Source: Eutreptiella sp. 'Long Island Sound 2002' (Eukaryota; Protista; Euglenida). Taken from it: a stretch of DNA of 64,000 nucleotides. A program made the translations under genes and the position numbers. Below the pieces are notes generated by a model that saw only the letters and a list, made by a program, of their open reading frames with translations, was not told where the DNA came from and ran no database searches. The stretch is from NCBI GenBank assembly GCA_964036045.1, contig OZ038378.1:80290001-80354000 (forward strand). Reading direction: 5' to 3'. Positions 1 through 12,329 of this stretch are shown here, piece after piece. Numbering within the stretch: the stretch's first letter is position 1; every line of letters begins with the position of its first letter.

Positions 1-1969
1 TGCACCTCTCTAGGACAGAGTCCCGGCACCTAGTGGGGAGCATGACGTACGGTGTGGTATGGGACCAGGTGTACGGCATGCTTCGGCAGCTAGCGTTGCC
101 GGAGTCCCGGGCATTCATTGCGTATACGGGAGACGACACGGCCATCAATGGTGCGGCCTGCTACCTACCTGACCGCATCCGCCACCTATTCAAGTGTCGA
201 CCACCCCCACGCTCGGACATCATGCAGCCCGGCGACCGACGGCTGCATTGGTTGCCTATTGCGGTGGATGGTGCATTGAGGCATGAGGCCTCGTACGTCC
301 ATTGCACGCTTGGTGGCACCGCCAGCCCCAACCAACTATCTAGTTGGTGGCTACTAGGGGGCAGTGAAAAGTTTGAGACCCTCTAGGCGGCCTCCCAAGA
401 AATTGATTTTGATGGTGAGTTGCGCAAGGCCGCAACCGTAAGTTTTAAGGATACGGCAGGGAACGATAGGCAGTCCCTTTTTCTTCTGTGTGCAGATGGT
501 AAAGCATAGGTGCTCATGGCGGGCTCCCAAAATTGGAAGGCAGAATCCCCTGGTGCCACTGTGTGTTGGGTCTGCATGTGTAACTGTGCTCTGTGCCTTG
601 CTAACTTTGGCACAACAAGTGCGATAGACGGCAACTGGGAACCGGCTGTTGTAATAAATGCTATATATAGGACCATTACGAGTGATAGGCGAGTGCCTGA
701 TCATGGCCTCCATGGGGTCCCTCGTGTCCTGTTGTGTGCAATCAACGGGACACGGGACCTAGTTGTACAATTGACAGGGAAGGCACCGGCCAATGTGGCA
801 CGCACCATGCCTCAACCGGTTCTAGATGAGGCACGGCTTGCTACACAAACCTGCACCCGTGCCTCATTAAATATTGACAAGGCGAACAGCAAGGGGAAGG
901 TGAGGATGGAGTGTGCTGCTGCCATCCATTTCATGCGGAATAGGGGTTGGGAGAAGATAATAGATGCTTGCCTACAGCAGCCTAGTGTGAGGCAGCATCA
1001 AGTAGGGGGAAAAAGTTGGGAGTCGGTGTGCAAAGCGTGGTCCGAGAATTTTGCAGGCATGTGTGTATACGCGTGGCGTTCCGCATGGTTCTCCGGGGCC
1101 GAATTTGGGGCGGCTCCGGAACCATAGCATAGCCATGGGCGCTGCCCACAATGAGCTCCAATGGGGCAAACTTCTGTGGACGCATCTTTGGATCGACCAC
1201 ATGTATTATTTTGCAAAGAAGTGGAGAATCTTGTCAAAGTTCTCCTGCTTTGCCATGGAGGGAAGTCACCGGAGGCTGAAGCGCATGTTGTGCAACAGCG
1301 GGGGCCTAAGCCTCCTCCGGGGGAGACTAGGGGTGCAAGTGGTTGTGGACAACCACACCATTGACGATGGCCTTTGGTTGCCTGGGCGGGATGCGACCAA
1401 AAGGGCTCAACATGGGCAGTGGCCCATAAGTGTACAAACGTATGCAAGCCGCACAAGAAGACGGCTTCTAACCGACATGCAGCACCTTCAGACTGTACAG
1501 CGGCGGTTCCGGTGCCGCAAGAGACGGACATGAGATCACCTTACAAACCCAGACCATTGTTGCCTGTGACTGCGGTGCATGCTGGGGGGCCTACTAAGGG
1601 TGTGAGGACAAATCAGGGGTTGCACACCGGTAACATTTGTGTAAAATCACGTGAATTCACGTGAAATTCGTACGAAATCCGTGCGAATTTCGTACGAATT
1701 AACGTGAATTCATGGTGTGAATCGGCTACAGGCTTGCCGGGTTCCGGCACCTCTCGTTTTGGGCACGGTTCGGACATGATGGCTGCTTTTGGGGCGGGAC
1801 TTTCATTGGATGATGCGTAACAAAGCTGGGGGAGGAATTTTGGCCCCTCAAATCCCTCGGAATGAACCAACAATATGGCATTTCCCCCCAAAAACCTCAA
1901 AATTTAGGTAAATTCACGTGAAATTCACGCAATTATTCAAACGGCCACTTAACGGCTGTTTACGAAGGG
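1..1969 (+). mobile_element. Right-hand part of a RAG1/Transib-like DNA transposon (copy 1); left end lies outside the window
   Basis: Colinear with 57760-59747 (roughly 85-90% identical by eye). Ends in ...TTTACGAAGGG at 1969, followed by TA and then satA. Confidence 0.85.
33..1533 (+). pseudogene. RAG1/Transib-like DDE transposase, disrupted (copy 1, N-terminus missing)
   Basis: LPIAVDGAL (D 267-269), FLCADGKA (D 495-497), VCWVC, VPDHGLHG, WTHLWIDH and FSCFAMEGSHRRLK (E 1258-1260). This is the D-D-CxxC-H-H-E order of RAG1/Transib cores. Stops at 384-386 and 507-509; +1 frameshift near 1107. Confidence 0.75.
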
Positions 1970-1971
1970 TA

Positions 1972-2228
1972 CATACGCTCTTGCAGAGGGGCTAGGGTGT
2001 GAATCATTCCTCCCTGCGCTCAAGCACAAGAGGCAGAAGTTCAACGAGGCCCTTTTGCGCTCATGAACATCGCCGAGGTTTTCATTGAGGCCCTGATGCG
2101 CCCATGCACAGGGGCCAAAAGCTCAATCACGCCCTAGTCTGCTCACGCACATGAGCCAAGAATGCGTGGACACGCCGAGGCACTCGCGCAAAGGGGCCAA
2201 GAGCTCTATGATGCCTCAATGTGCTCAT
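1972..2228. repeat. Short block of 41-bp satellite A
   Basis: Degenerate GAGGCCCCAGTGCGCTCATGCACAGGGGCCAAGAGTTCAAT monomers. Confidence 0.85.
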
Positions 2229-4056
2229 CAAGCTGCCCACCGCAGCCCGTGGCCAATACCAGTAGTGCCAGCCCGGGGACATGTACGTACCTACTTAACC
2301 CCCCGGAGTAACCCGAGGATGAACCCCCGTGATTGCCGTAGCCAAGTCGCCACTGTAGACCCCGGTGCCGGGGGGAATCCCCTACAAGGGTTTGGGCCTT
2401 ATTACCCTCGTCAAGAGGACCCATGACACCTCACCATTGTAAGCGGTGACCCGTGGCACGCCGGCGTACCCATAGTTCCTTCAAACCGTGCATGCGGGGG
2501 CCGTACCGTGCACTATCAGGCCGGCACGACGTGCCACGTCAAAATGGCCGTCATATCACGCCCGCCGCTGCCGCACGCGCAGGCCAGTAGCAGGCCACGC
2601 CTCATATGCCATCTCCGCTGCTGCATCCAATAGACGGACAACACTCGGCATTCCGCCCACCGGTGCACTTGGTCACACTGCATCACGTATCTGGCCATTC
2701 CCCTATAACACGGCGAGGTCCCCTCTGTGATGCCAGAGCCAGAAGACCCGGGAGTCGCCTTGCGCTGCAGCCCGCCACATTAGCAAAGGAACCACCGAAG
2801 TCGGGTGATCTCGGCACGGCACTCCATCCACCTGTACATCCCTTAAGTCACGCTGGATTGCCTTCCACGCGCTTGAACACAGGTGTCCTGGAGTGCCGCA
2901 GCGCCTACGTGGCTTTCGGTCCGCGCCTGCCGGCGCGCTCTGGGCATGACCCACATAGCAGAGTAAAGGCACATTGTTGCACCCATACCGGTGCCATACT
3001 GCCGCACCCGCTGCATGCCGGAACTATCGACCGAGAGGGGTACAACCGCCTTCGCAGCGTTGAGACCACATGTCCTGCGAAACAGCATTGCAAGCCTCAA
3101 TGCAGTGGGGAAGTGTACTCGCAAGGGCACGTGCGGTAGCACTACTGATCAGACTTAGTTTCGCCTAGTCCCACGTTGATGTCGGGGCGTGAACCGGCTG
3201 CCCGTCCGACCCTCCCAAGAGGTATTCGAGTAGACGGCGCCATAGCACTGCCCGGAGGCGCGGTTAGCCGCCCCCCGCCAGGAGCCTCCAACCATAGTGC
3301 TGCGCTATCTCCACGATGACGCCTACTCTTGCTTGACTGCAGTTGTGAGCCAATGGCATCACTAATTGCTGCCCACTAGCTGGCCCTCGTCCACCGGTTC
3401 TAGGTCCAAGGTATCCAATGTGTGATGGGCGTATGCTGACGCACTGTCATCCCCATCCGGCAGCCACAGCAAAACCGCTGTGACGTGACGAGGTGCGTCG
3501 TCTCCCTGGATCCGCGCAAGGTGCTTGGATCCCACATTGACCCCCATGCACCTTTGCCCGTTTGCCACCAGGGCAATCCTCGCAGGTGCCAGTCATACAG
3601 CCAGACCTCCCCAATGCCCAACACGGTCGCCACCGCTAGAACCGTGAGGGGGCACAACGGCTGTTGGAAGACAAGCGGTACATCACCGGGCCAGCCCATG
3701 ATGCCTCCGGATGTAGGATGGCCTACAAACACCTTGAGCCATGGTTCCTCATGGCCATCCGGGTTGCGCACCATGGTACCGCGGATGGTGGCCAAGGACA
3801 GCGCGGACATTTCACGGGACTACACCAAGAATGTGGCGAAGTCTTGGGCTACCCAAGGCTTGATCCACTTGGTAAAGGCATGTGCCGCCGCCGCCATCCA
3901 CTAGGGAAACGTGTACATGACCTCATTGTGCGTAATGTACGACCCTGATACCTGTACCGCATGCAGCGGTGCCCGCTAAAAGGCTGCCTCAAGACCACCA
4001 GGGAGGCCATTGAAAGGGTTCCACGTGGGCGGCTGCCTTACCATGCCAGCCGGTCA

Positions 4057-4518
4057 TTAGAAGGCTCTAGCACCGCGGAGGAATACGTACGCAACTTTCC
4101 TCTGATTTCCCGGCAGCAGCTCAATGATCTTGGTGAGTCGGTCATTTCTCTGGGCGTAGCCATATTCCCCTATCTTGATCATGTCCACTAGGAACAGATT
4201 GGCCTTCGCCGGGCCTCGGGATGAGGCAGCCCCCACCGCCACGAAGAGCCGCTTGAGTTGACGCGGGACCACTCCCGCCATTAAGGACTCCATCCACTTG
4301 CATCCGTGCTCCTTCCAAGACATGAACTGCATGGCCCTGTGTGCGAGTGGCGAGTCCGCTGTGAACTCCTCGACCTTCGCACACAGTAGCCGTGCAACCG
4401 GTTGTTCCCGTTTGCACAATATGCGTGAGTGGCCTGTGTCTTCTACGGGCCCTCCACAGAAGATGTAGGGAAACGTAGGAATCACCATGCGGGTGACTTT
4501 GTGCCGCCACCGTCGCAT
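4057..4518 (-). pseudogene. C-terminal CCHC zinc-knuckle region of the LINE polyprotein
   Basis: FPYIFCGGPVEDTGHSRILCK resembles the C-x2-C-x7-H-x4-C knuckle that follows RT in non-LTR elements; the first Cys has decayed. Confidence 0.6.
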
Positions 4519-6165
4519 GCCTGCATGGTGGGGAGACGGCCGTCTCTCGCCCGCAGCATGTCCTGAGGTGTAGGGCCATGATGCACGGTGTCCACGGGCA
4601 AAAATTCACTGGCACCAGCCAACGACGTGTGGTCCCTTGTGCACGTTGCCAATGAGTCCCACACCGCCTTTGTAACCTGCTGGAGGGCGCGCATGGAGGG
4701 CACATGAGGTTCTGGCACGCCAACTCCATCAGGCACTAGGAGGGTTGCGTGTTCCTTGGGCAACATGAGATGTATTGCCGGGGACTTTGCGTGAGCCGCA
4801 GCAAAATTCGGCTCCTCCAGCGGAATCCGCGCCAAGTGCGAGCTCTGCCGTACCACCAAGTAATGGGGACCTCCGACCATGCGTGGCAAGCCACGCAACC
4901 GCTCCACCACCCAATTCAAAGCAGATTGGTTGATGAAGTGGGAGGTTGGTCTCTTGATGCCGCGGTACGGGGCCTCGTGGGGTCTTCAGTTGCGCCCCAA
5001 GGATGGAAACATCCAGCACATGCAGCAAGTAAGTGGCTGCCCGAATAATCTCCGCCTCGGGAACGGTGCCGCGGAGGGCACATGTCCACGTGGGGCTGCC
5101 GTGGCTTGCCACGGCCACGTTGGTGACCCCGTGTTCCTGGGGAGAGACATCAGACGACCCGGCCTGCATTGCCAAAGGCACCCAGTAGTACCTCTAGGGC
5201 TCAAGCCACGCCACATCGGAATGTGGGCTTACCGCGACTCTCCCTAGTAACGCCGCATTGGAAGCCGTCAACTCCGGGGTATGGACAACTTTCGGCCGAT
5301 GTGCCCCATGCTGCCGCGAGTGTACACCACATCCACACATGGACCTGATGGCGTCTAGCGCGGTGGTATACTCCGCCCCCCATACCGTCATGGATCCATG
5401 CGGTTGGTACACCACCACTGTTCCCTGATCCACCGCCCCACGTGCGCGCAGCGAGGTGACGATGACATGCGGGTCATGCGGCACTTTGTCTAAACTGACC
5501 ACCTCCGGGACCGGGCCCGCATCGTCATCAGGGGCCGGACCCGCTGGCACGTATGATACAATGGCCCATTCCCCCCTTCCCCATACCGCTTTGCACGCCC
5601 TGTCCAATACCAACGCCCCATGTACAACCCACAGAGGAGGAGGGTCAAGGCCGCCCCCTGATTGTGGAGTAAGAAGGGATACCGGCGGTGGATCGTCTTG
5701 TTGCCGATGCCCATCGAAGACATCTCCAAAAAAAAAAACATGAAGGCGGCCGCGGGGACGAACGGCATGGACAGTTCCGGGCAGTCGGGATTCCCGTTTT
5801 CATCCCTGTATCCGCCTACCACATGGGCATCGCCCGGGGCGGAGTCTCGCGTCCGCTTGGTGGCCTTCTTGTGCCGGACCGGATGAAGTAGGCGATGGGT
5901 CGGGGGACCAGGCAGTCGGGAATGGAATACCGCTTGGAGGCCTGTTAAGCACACGTGGTCGAGCATAGTGGGCCTGACTCCTGTATTTGGAAGGTGCAGA
6001 TGGTATTCCTAACATTCCTGAAGAAATTCGTGTGACAAGGCTCATGGCATGGAAACCGCGCGTGCAGGAGGTCATTCGTTGGATCCGTCATGGACCGGAC
6101 CGCCGCTTCCGTGCGCGGCCCAAACAACACATAGATATCCCAACCCGTGAACGTGTAGGACCGGG

Positions 6166-7490
6166 TCACCCATCGCCGTTCTGCCCATTGCACTCGCCTA
6201 CATGCGATGCAAATGCCTGTGATGGATCCATAAATTGTCCACAGACCCCATACTGCTTGTGCATGTCGTCACGTAGGCCTCGCGGCGCACCTTTGATCAC
6301 AGCCGAGCGATGATGCGTGAGTTCAGCCACAATCACCACCATAGAGTCACGGCACACGACCCGAATATCCGTCAATTTAAGCCCTTTGCCATATCGAACC
6401 ACCACAGTGGATAGGTCTTTGGGCAGGCGTTCACATTGCAGGGCTGCAGTCTTGATGGCACCATTCAATCGCACCACTTCCTCTGCAGTGGCCAACAGAT
6501 ATGGTGCCGCGTACCGCACGATGCCGCCTACCACCGCTGCCATTACCTCGTGGGGCACGGACGCAGGTGCCAGGGTGTTCTTGCACCAGCCTAGGAGAGC
6601 TTCGCCGCGGACCACATGTTTCTCCTTCATGAATGGCATTACTTTCCGATCAAGCGCGAGGCCGAGGTACGGCACGTTGCTCTTGCCCATGAGACAGGCC
6701 CATGGAATACTCGCATTGTTGGGGTCCAGGTGCACCATGATCGAGTTGATACGTGTTGAAGTCACATACACACACTTGCCACCATTGTGGGACATGCGCA
6801 TGTCTGCCAAGTACTGCGCGATCGCCTTTGCATACTCTAGGAAGTGTGGCAGCGTGTGTGCTATCACCAACAGGTCGTCGCAATACGTGTGTGCCAGGGG
6901 CTGCAAAGCGTGGCGGGCATCTCCTTGGGCTCTGCGGGCAAGGCTCCATAGGAGTGGCTCCAGAGGGGCGGCTCCGGGAGGAGGAGGTAGAGCACGGCCC
7001 TGTCCACGCTGCCCTGCTGTAGGCCACGATGGAGGCGGATGCTCAGGGTGGGTCTGTGCGCGGTGACAACGCGCACCGTGGAGCCATAACTGGGGGTATT
7101 GAACAGCTTGATGAGCTCCTCCGGGACCGCCATGTGGCGCATGCGGAGAGCCAGAGCCGCATGCGGGTCGGTGTCGAAGGCCTTGATGACATCAAAGGCC
7201 AGGACATGATTCTCCTCTTGCCCCCGCTGCAGTCTACGCTGTGCGCGGAACACCGGGGTTGCCGCCGTTGAGCCTAGCATAGCCCGGAGCTGCCAGTCTG
7301 CAGCCATCCCCTTACGACCCAAGACTGCTATGAACCTCCGCATGAGGGGGGTCATAAGCATTCTCTTGTCCATGTGTCCCAACGCTGTGGGCCTATATCC
7401 ATCCAAATTCCCCGTGGCCCTTCCATTGGGCATTAGCCCGATAATGGCCTCATGTGACTTCTCCCCCACGGAGGATGGCTCGGTAGGCAT
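6166..7490 (-). pseudogene. Non-LTR reverse transcriptase, frameshifted
   Basis: YRPTAL, LAFDVIKAFD, HRGLQQGS, TYCDDLLVI, NGGKC and VPYLG motifs spread over ORFs 6864-7490 and 6166-6906. Confidence 0.95.
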
Positions 7491-9468
7491 GTATCAAGAG
7501 CCCATGCACTCGGTCGGGCAGCTCCACGATGAGGGCTGCCGTAACCCTATTGGACCCCGGCGCTTTGTATAGCGCCTCCTAGTACCGCTCTACCTCCCGA
7601 ATGACCCGTGAGGCCTCCATGAGCACTTTCTCCGACTCTCAGATGCGCACCGACCATAAGCCGGAGTGAACCTAGCTAACCACATTTATGGCCCTGCGGA
7701 TCGCCCTCCACCGTAGGTGCAGATCCGGCACCTTGCCTCGCCAGTAGTCCTTGATGGACGTGCGTCGGTTGTGCGGGAGGACGCGCCTTAGCTCTGCCAC
7801 TCGCTGGTTGAGCTGCTGAAGCTATTGATCTAGAGCATGGCGCTGATCTTCCATTGTGGCGCCGGACAGACTAGGGTCTACGTGTCGGAGGTGCTTTAGG
7901 AGGGCAGCAGCTTCCTTGCTCCCTAGGCGTCCCATCTCCATAACTCATGGGCCCGCCATGAGAGGGCCTATTGATCCGTGAGGACCCGAGATTGAGACGC
8001 TTCTGTATCCGCCTACCCATACGGGGGATTGCGGATCCATGCTTGAGGGCATACGCACCACTGTTACCCGCAACACTTCGTCACGGAGGGCTTAGAGCAG
8101 GTCGAAGGTTGCCCGAACCTCCGGCGTGCCCACGGTGCAGGTATCCTGATCCGACGAGAGCCACCCTTTAAGAGCCGGGTCATCACAGGCCCGCCGCAAC
8201 ACTGCGGCCGTCGCCTCCCGGACTCCCGGTGAGTCCGATCGTATGGCGTGCAGCCTGCCTTGGGGGTGCTAGTAGGCTACCCGTATGATCCTTTCCTTGG
8301 CAGCCACTGCAAGTGGGGTGCCCACGACTACGGGGCCATGGTAGGACCCCGACACAGTGGGAGTTCTCCCCGCTGCCACGTACGGGCGCTCACACATTGC
8401 CCATGGGACCGGCGGTGCGATGAGCAAGTAGGAGTCAGCCTTTGCCCTTCACGCGTGGGCTGCCGGTCTTCCCCTGCCGAGTGCCCCGCCCTCAGACCCT
8501 AGAGACCCAAATTAAATCTGATATACTTACTTGTTCGCCAAAACTGAATTATATAAACCAAAGTATGCACCTTTTGTGGGGGGTTAGAGGCGTCGCTTGG
8601 GAAAATGTTCACCCCTACGGGGTATCTTGTGTGTTTGTCCACCATTTTACCCCTTGGTTTGGGGGTCCCTGCACCCGTCGCGAATTGTAAAAAATATTGA
8701 AATTGCCGACTGCTTGAAAATTTTGAGATTAATTTTTGATTTGTAAATTTTACATCATATGTGTCGCCGAGATTACCAACTAAACCAACAAGATTTAAAC
8801 AAATTTTCCAAAAATGAAACCCCCCTACACAAGCACCACAACACATAGAACATACGTATTAGCCTTCGCGGCTCGTGTGCTGGGCCACTCCGGTCATTGT
8901 TGGCTTGTTACACCTCTCGGGAGCCCGTCTCAGCGTCCCATAGTGCCGGGGTAGCTTGGGTGTTGGTTGGGGGGTTAGGTGGGTTAGTGGGGATATTTGG
9001 CTTGGGTTGATGGTTTTCTTGGGGGTTAGTCGGGGGTTAACCGGCTTTGTTGGGGGGGGGGGGGGTTGGTGGTGGGCTACTTGCCCTTGCGCACGTTTTG
9101 GAGGTGCGCCTCCGCGGCTTTGGCTGTGCCGAAGATACGGTGACGCTCCACCTCATAGAGCTTGGGGTTGTTTGGGTATCTCACCCACACAACTCCGCTG
9201 TTGCGGGTGTGGACACCGGTGACGGTGCCCACCTCTACCCCGCCCCCATACAGGGGGGGGGGGGAATTGAGGTCCGCAATTTTTCGCAATTTTCCGCAAT
9301 TTCGCAATTTTTCGCAATTTTTCGCAATTTTCCGCAATTTTCCGCAATTTTTCCGCAATTTTTCACACTTCCCGATTTTCTGACTGCCTCCCCACGCTGG
9401 TGCAGAACAATGAGACTTTTTGTTTTTTGCTATTCCATACACTCTCAAATGTTGCAAAGTCCCCAGAA

Positions 9469-9540
9469 CCTGGCATAGCTCAGTTGGTAGTAGCGCTGCA
9501 CTGTAATTCTGGGGTCCTGGGTTCAAACCCAGCTGGACAC
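9469..9540 (+). tRNA. tRNA-Tyr(GTA)-derived pseudogene / Pol III promoter-like sequence
   Basis: A box TAGCTCAGTTGG, anticodon loop CTGTAAT (GTA at 9503-9505) and B box GGTTCAAACCC are present. The acceptor stem does not pair, and the anticodon and T stems are mismatched. Confidence 0.7.
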
Positions 9541-9644
9541 AATATAGTTACCTTCGCTTTTTTGGTCTTTTTACCTTCGCTTTTTTGGTCTTTTTCATGC
9601 CTGCATGTTTGCATGTTTCCTCTTTTTTTTTTTACACCAGCAAC

Positions 9645-10010
9645 ATGGCATCTGCATCTGAGACACCGCCCCCGTCTGAGGAGGTTGCTGAGTGTGGTTC
9701 TTTGAAGAGAAAACGCGGGGCTGGTCGTGGGGGTGCAGGGGCAAAATACTGCAGCATGTCTCCGTGGCAAAGGAAGGAACAGTTCCCTGATGAGCCCTTT
9801 GAGGTCCGCATTTCTGACAACAATGAGGAGTACTTGTTCTGCACCTGCTGTGGTAAACCTGTTTCTCATCAACAAGAAACATTCGTGCAATCACACGTTG
9901 TAAACAAGGGGCACCAGCAAGCACGCAAAACGTGGAAGCTTCGGGAGCAAAAACGTGCAGAACGAGCTTCTGAGCCACCTGTCCAGAGTTGTTGCACCTT
10001 GAGGGTTCAG
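9645..10010 (+). pseudogene. CGGBP1-like zinc-finger N-terminus of a transposase-type protein, truncated by the right subterminal repeats
   Basis: RKEQFPDEPFEV...LFCTCCGKPVSH...FVQSHVVNKGH resembles the CGGBP1-family R..EF...LFC..C...L.H......HL.SK.H finger. The ATG is preceded by a poly-T tract and CCAG. Confidence 0.65.
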
Positions 10011-10999
10011 GAGGGCCGCTTACGACATCGCAATTTTTCCGCAATTTTTCCGCAATTTTCCGCAATTTTTCGCAATTTTTCCGCAATTTTTCCGCAATTT
10101 TTCGCAATTGGATTCGACCCCCCCAGACCGCAATTTTTCCCCCCCCCCCTGCCCCATACGGGACATGGGCGCCGGTTCCCCCCGGGGGATCCCCCCGCCC
10201 CTCTCCTCCTTCTTCATTTCCCCCGCTTCTTTCCCACCCCCCTCCGCCTTCTTCTCCAGCCCCTTCTCTTTTTGGGCGGGGACGGCCTTTGACTTTGGAG
10301 AGGGGTTTCTTATTCGGGGTGGGGGGTGTCCTCGCCCGAGGACGACAAAGAAGAAGAGGCGGGGTTGTCGGACTCAACGTCCGAGTCCGACTTGAACCGC
10401 TTCCTCTTCTTTGCCGGGGGCGCTTTGCCCCCCTTGCCTTTCTTGGGGGGGGGGCTTAGGCTTCGGGGGGGGGGGGCTGGAGGTGCTTGCCTCCTCCCTT
10501 TCCTTCTTCACCTCCTTTGCCTCTCCACCTACCATCCCCCGCCACAGCCCCGCATCCTCACACCCCAACCACCCTTCCCCCAGGTGTGCCCATTGAGTGG
10601 GCTTGTAGGGCCTCGATGGGCCCCACACCTCCGAGCATCGGCGGCCGTGCTCCCACTCCTTCAAGCCACCAAGCACGTCCAACCCAAGCGCGGGCTCTTG
10701 GGCGAGAAGCTTGTTGAGCCCCCGCAACCGCACGCTCCTCTCCCCGTCCTTGTCGCTCCAAACGACACGGACGGGGCAAAAATGGACCCCGCAAACCACA
10801 ACGTCCTTGACTTGCAACAAAATAGGTGGCGGCCGTGGTCCGGGGAACAAAGTAAATTTTTTGGACGATTTTTTTTTTGAATTCTTTCGTTTAACTTCTA
10901 ACGTTCATTTTTAAAGCGGCGATCAAAAGTTTAAATATTACACCAAAAATTTGAACGAAGCGGCCGAAACATTGAAGACATGCAAACTTTTAACGTTAA

Positions 11000-12173
11000 T
11001 TTGTGGTTTTTGACGCGGCGATCGAAAGTTGAAATATTACACCAAACGTTTTAAACGAAGCGTCCGAAAAATTAAAGACACACAAACACACGCATACACA
11101 CACACCTTGTGAAATTTTGCACACCCCAGGCCATGCAGCACCCCCATCGCCCGCCGAAAGCTCGAGGCGGGGCTTGGGGCCTCTACGGGGACGGTGGCGC
11201 TGTTGTTGGTGGCGATGGCAGCCGCCAGGGGCGCCGTCCAAGTGACGGCGGCCAACCCGCGGGTTGTCCGCGACCGAGGCACCAACCCCTCGTAGGTGTG
11301 TTGGGCCGTAGGATCGTAGGGGGGGGGTTGGGAGGCCAACGGGGTAGACCAGACGGGTGCAAATTCTACTGACTTGCCATGCTGCCACTGTTGGTACCAG
11401 CCAAGGGCTACCCAGTGCTACAGGCACACCTGGTAGTGGCCGCTGCCAAACCTGACCCCCCGGGGTCGGCCAGCAGGTTTAGGGCCCCCAACGACCCTTG
11501 ACACTTCTCCCCCAGGGGGCACATGGGAACACCCGGCACTGGCTTCCAATGCCCGGAGCCCCCTTTGGTGGCATCCTTTCGCCACTCCCCCTTCCCCTTC
11601 GATTTTTCCTATTTAGGCACCCCAAACAGTCGGCGCATGACCCATCGCAGGGTGTAGTGACCGTTGGGGGGGTCAAAAAAAATGGTTGCTATGGCCCACA
11701 TCCCTGTTCAAGGACTTGGGCAGACGAGGGGGCAGCGGCTGCCTCGCGGCACACTGCTAAGTTTTTCCCGAGGGCCTTTCGCACCAACAAGGGAAGGCTT
11801 AAAACAGCGGGTTGGGGGGGTGGGGGCTGCGCTTTGACCTCATCCCCATCCCCATCCTCACCCCCATCTGCATCTCCGTCCCCACCATTTGGCACCACTA
11901 TCTCCCCATGCTCTGCCTTAACCTCCACCAGCCCCCCCCCCCCTCCCGCCCATGGCTGGCCCTCCTCTCCTCCTTTGCCCTTTTCCTCTCCTCCTTCTCC
12001 CGGCGCCGTTCATTTTTCTCGTGCCGCCGCTCCTCCTTCATGCTGCGCCATTCTTCAAAGGAGGCGGCGGCAGATGGCGCGGCCCCCCCTCCCCCTGCGG
12101 GGGTGGGGGACCGCCGGCTGCTGTAGCTTGTGGAGCTGGAGCAGCACCAGGCACCCAACGGGTTGCCCAACAC
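11000..12173 (-). pseudogene. Second accessory coding region of the CCCTA element (charged coiled-coil then unassigned domain), frameshifted
   Basis: EEWRSMKEERRHEKNERRREKEERK..., acidic stretch, then a longer broken frame (GHYTLRWVMRRLFGVP...). No family recognised. Confidence 0.4.
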
Positions 12174-12329
12174 CTACAAAACACTCCGTGCATTGATATC
12201 CGGGCATCACTTTTTCGGTAACATTTTAGCTTCAAATTTCATACGGTTTAAATTTTAAGAAATGTGTGGCTTTTAAACGAGGAACTTTGAAACGAAGCGG
12301 CACGAATTCAATGCGACACAAAAGCGCCA

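Larger units (their letters stand above)
9251..10151 (+). mobile_element. 901-bp non-autonomous DNA element with CAGGG...CCCTG ends, 7-bp TSD and (CGCAATTTTT[C])n subterminal arrays (P/hAT-like)
   Basis: TSD CCCCATA at 9244-9250 and 10152-10158. TIR CAG(G)nAA..TTG(A/C)GGTC. Arrays at ~9275-9363 and ~10029-10138. Confidence 0.85.
9077..10850 (-). pseudogene. Accessory gene of the CCCTA element (Lys/Pro-rich linker plus small C-terminal beta-rich, Tudor/SH3-like module), split by the 9251-10151 insertion
   Basis: Removing the insertion gives the continuous frame ...GTGAHVPYGGGVEVGTVTGVHTRNSGVVWVRYPNNPKLYEVERHRIFGT. The fold assignment is inference. Confidence 0.55.

Noticed and set aside
4482-5250. 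Definite RNase H domain in the LINE
   Set aside because: Only LVVRQSSH...EPNFAAAHA resembles the C-terminal RNase H motif; the catalytic acidic residues could not be identified.
5987-7271. Plus-strand ORFs of 80-249 aa
   Set aside because: They are antisense shadows of the GC-rich RT coding region.
9469-9540. Functional tRNA-Tyr gene
   Set aside because: The acceptor stem CCTGGCA cannot pair with the 3' strand, and the anticodon and T stems are mismatched. Kept only as a derived sequence.
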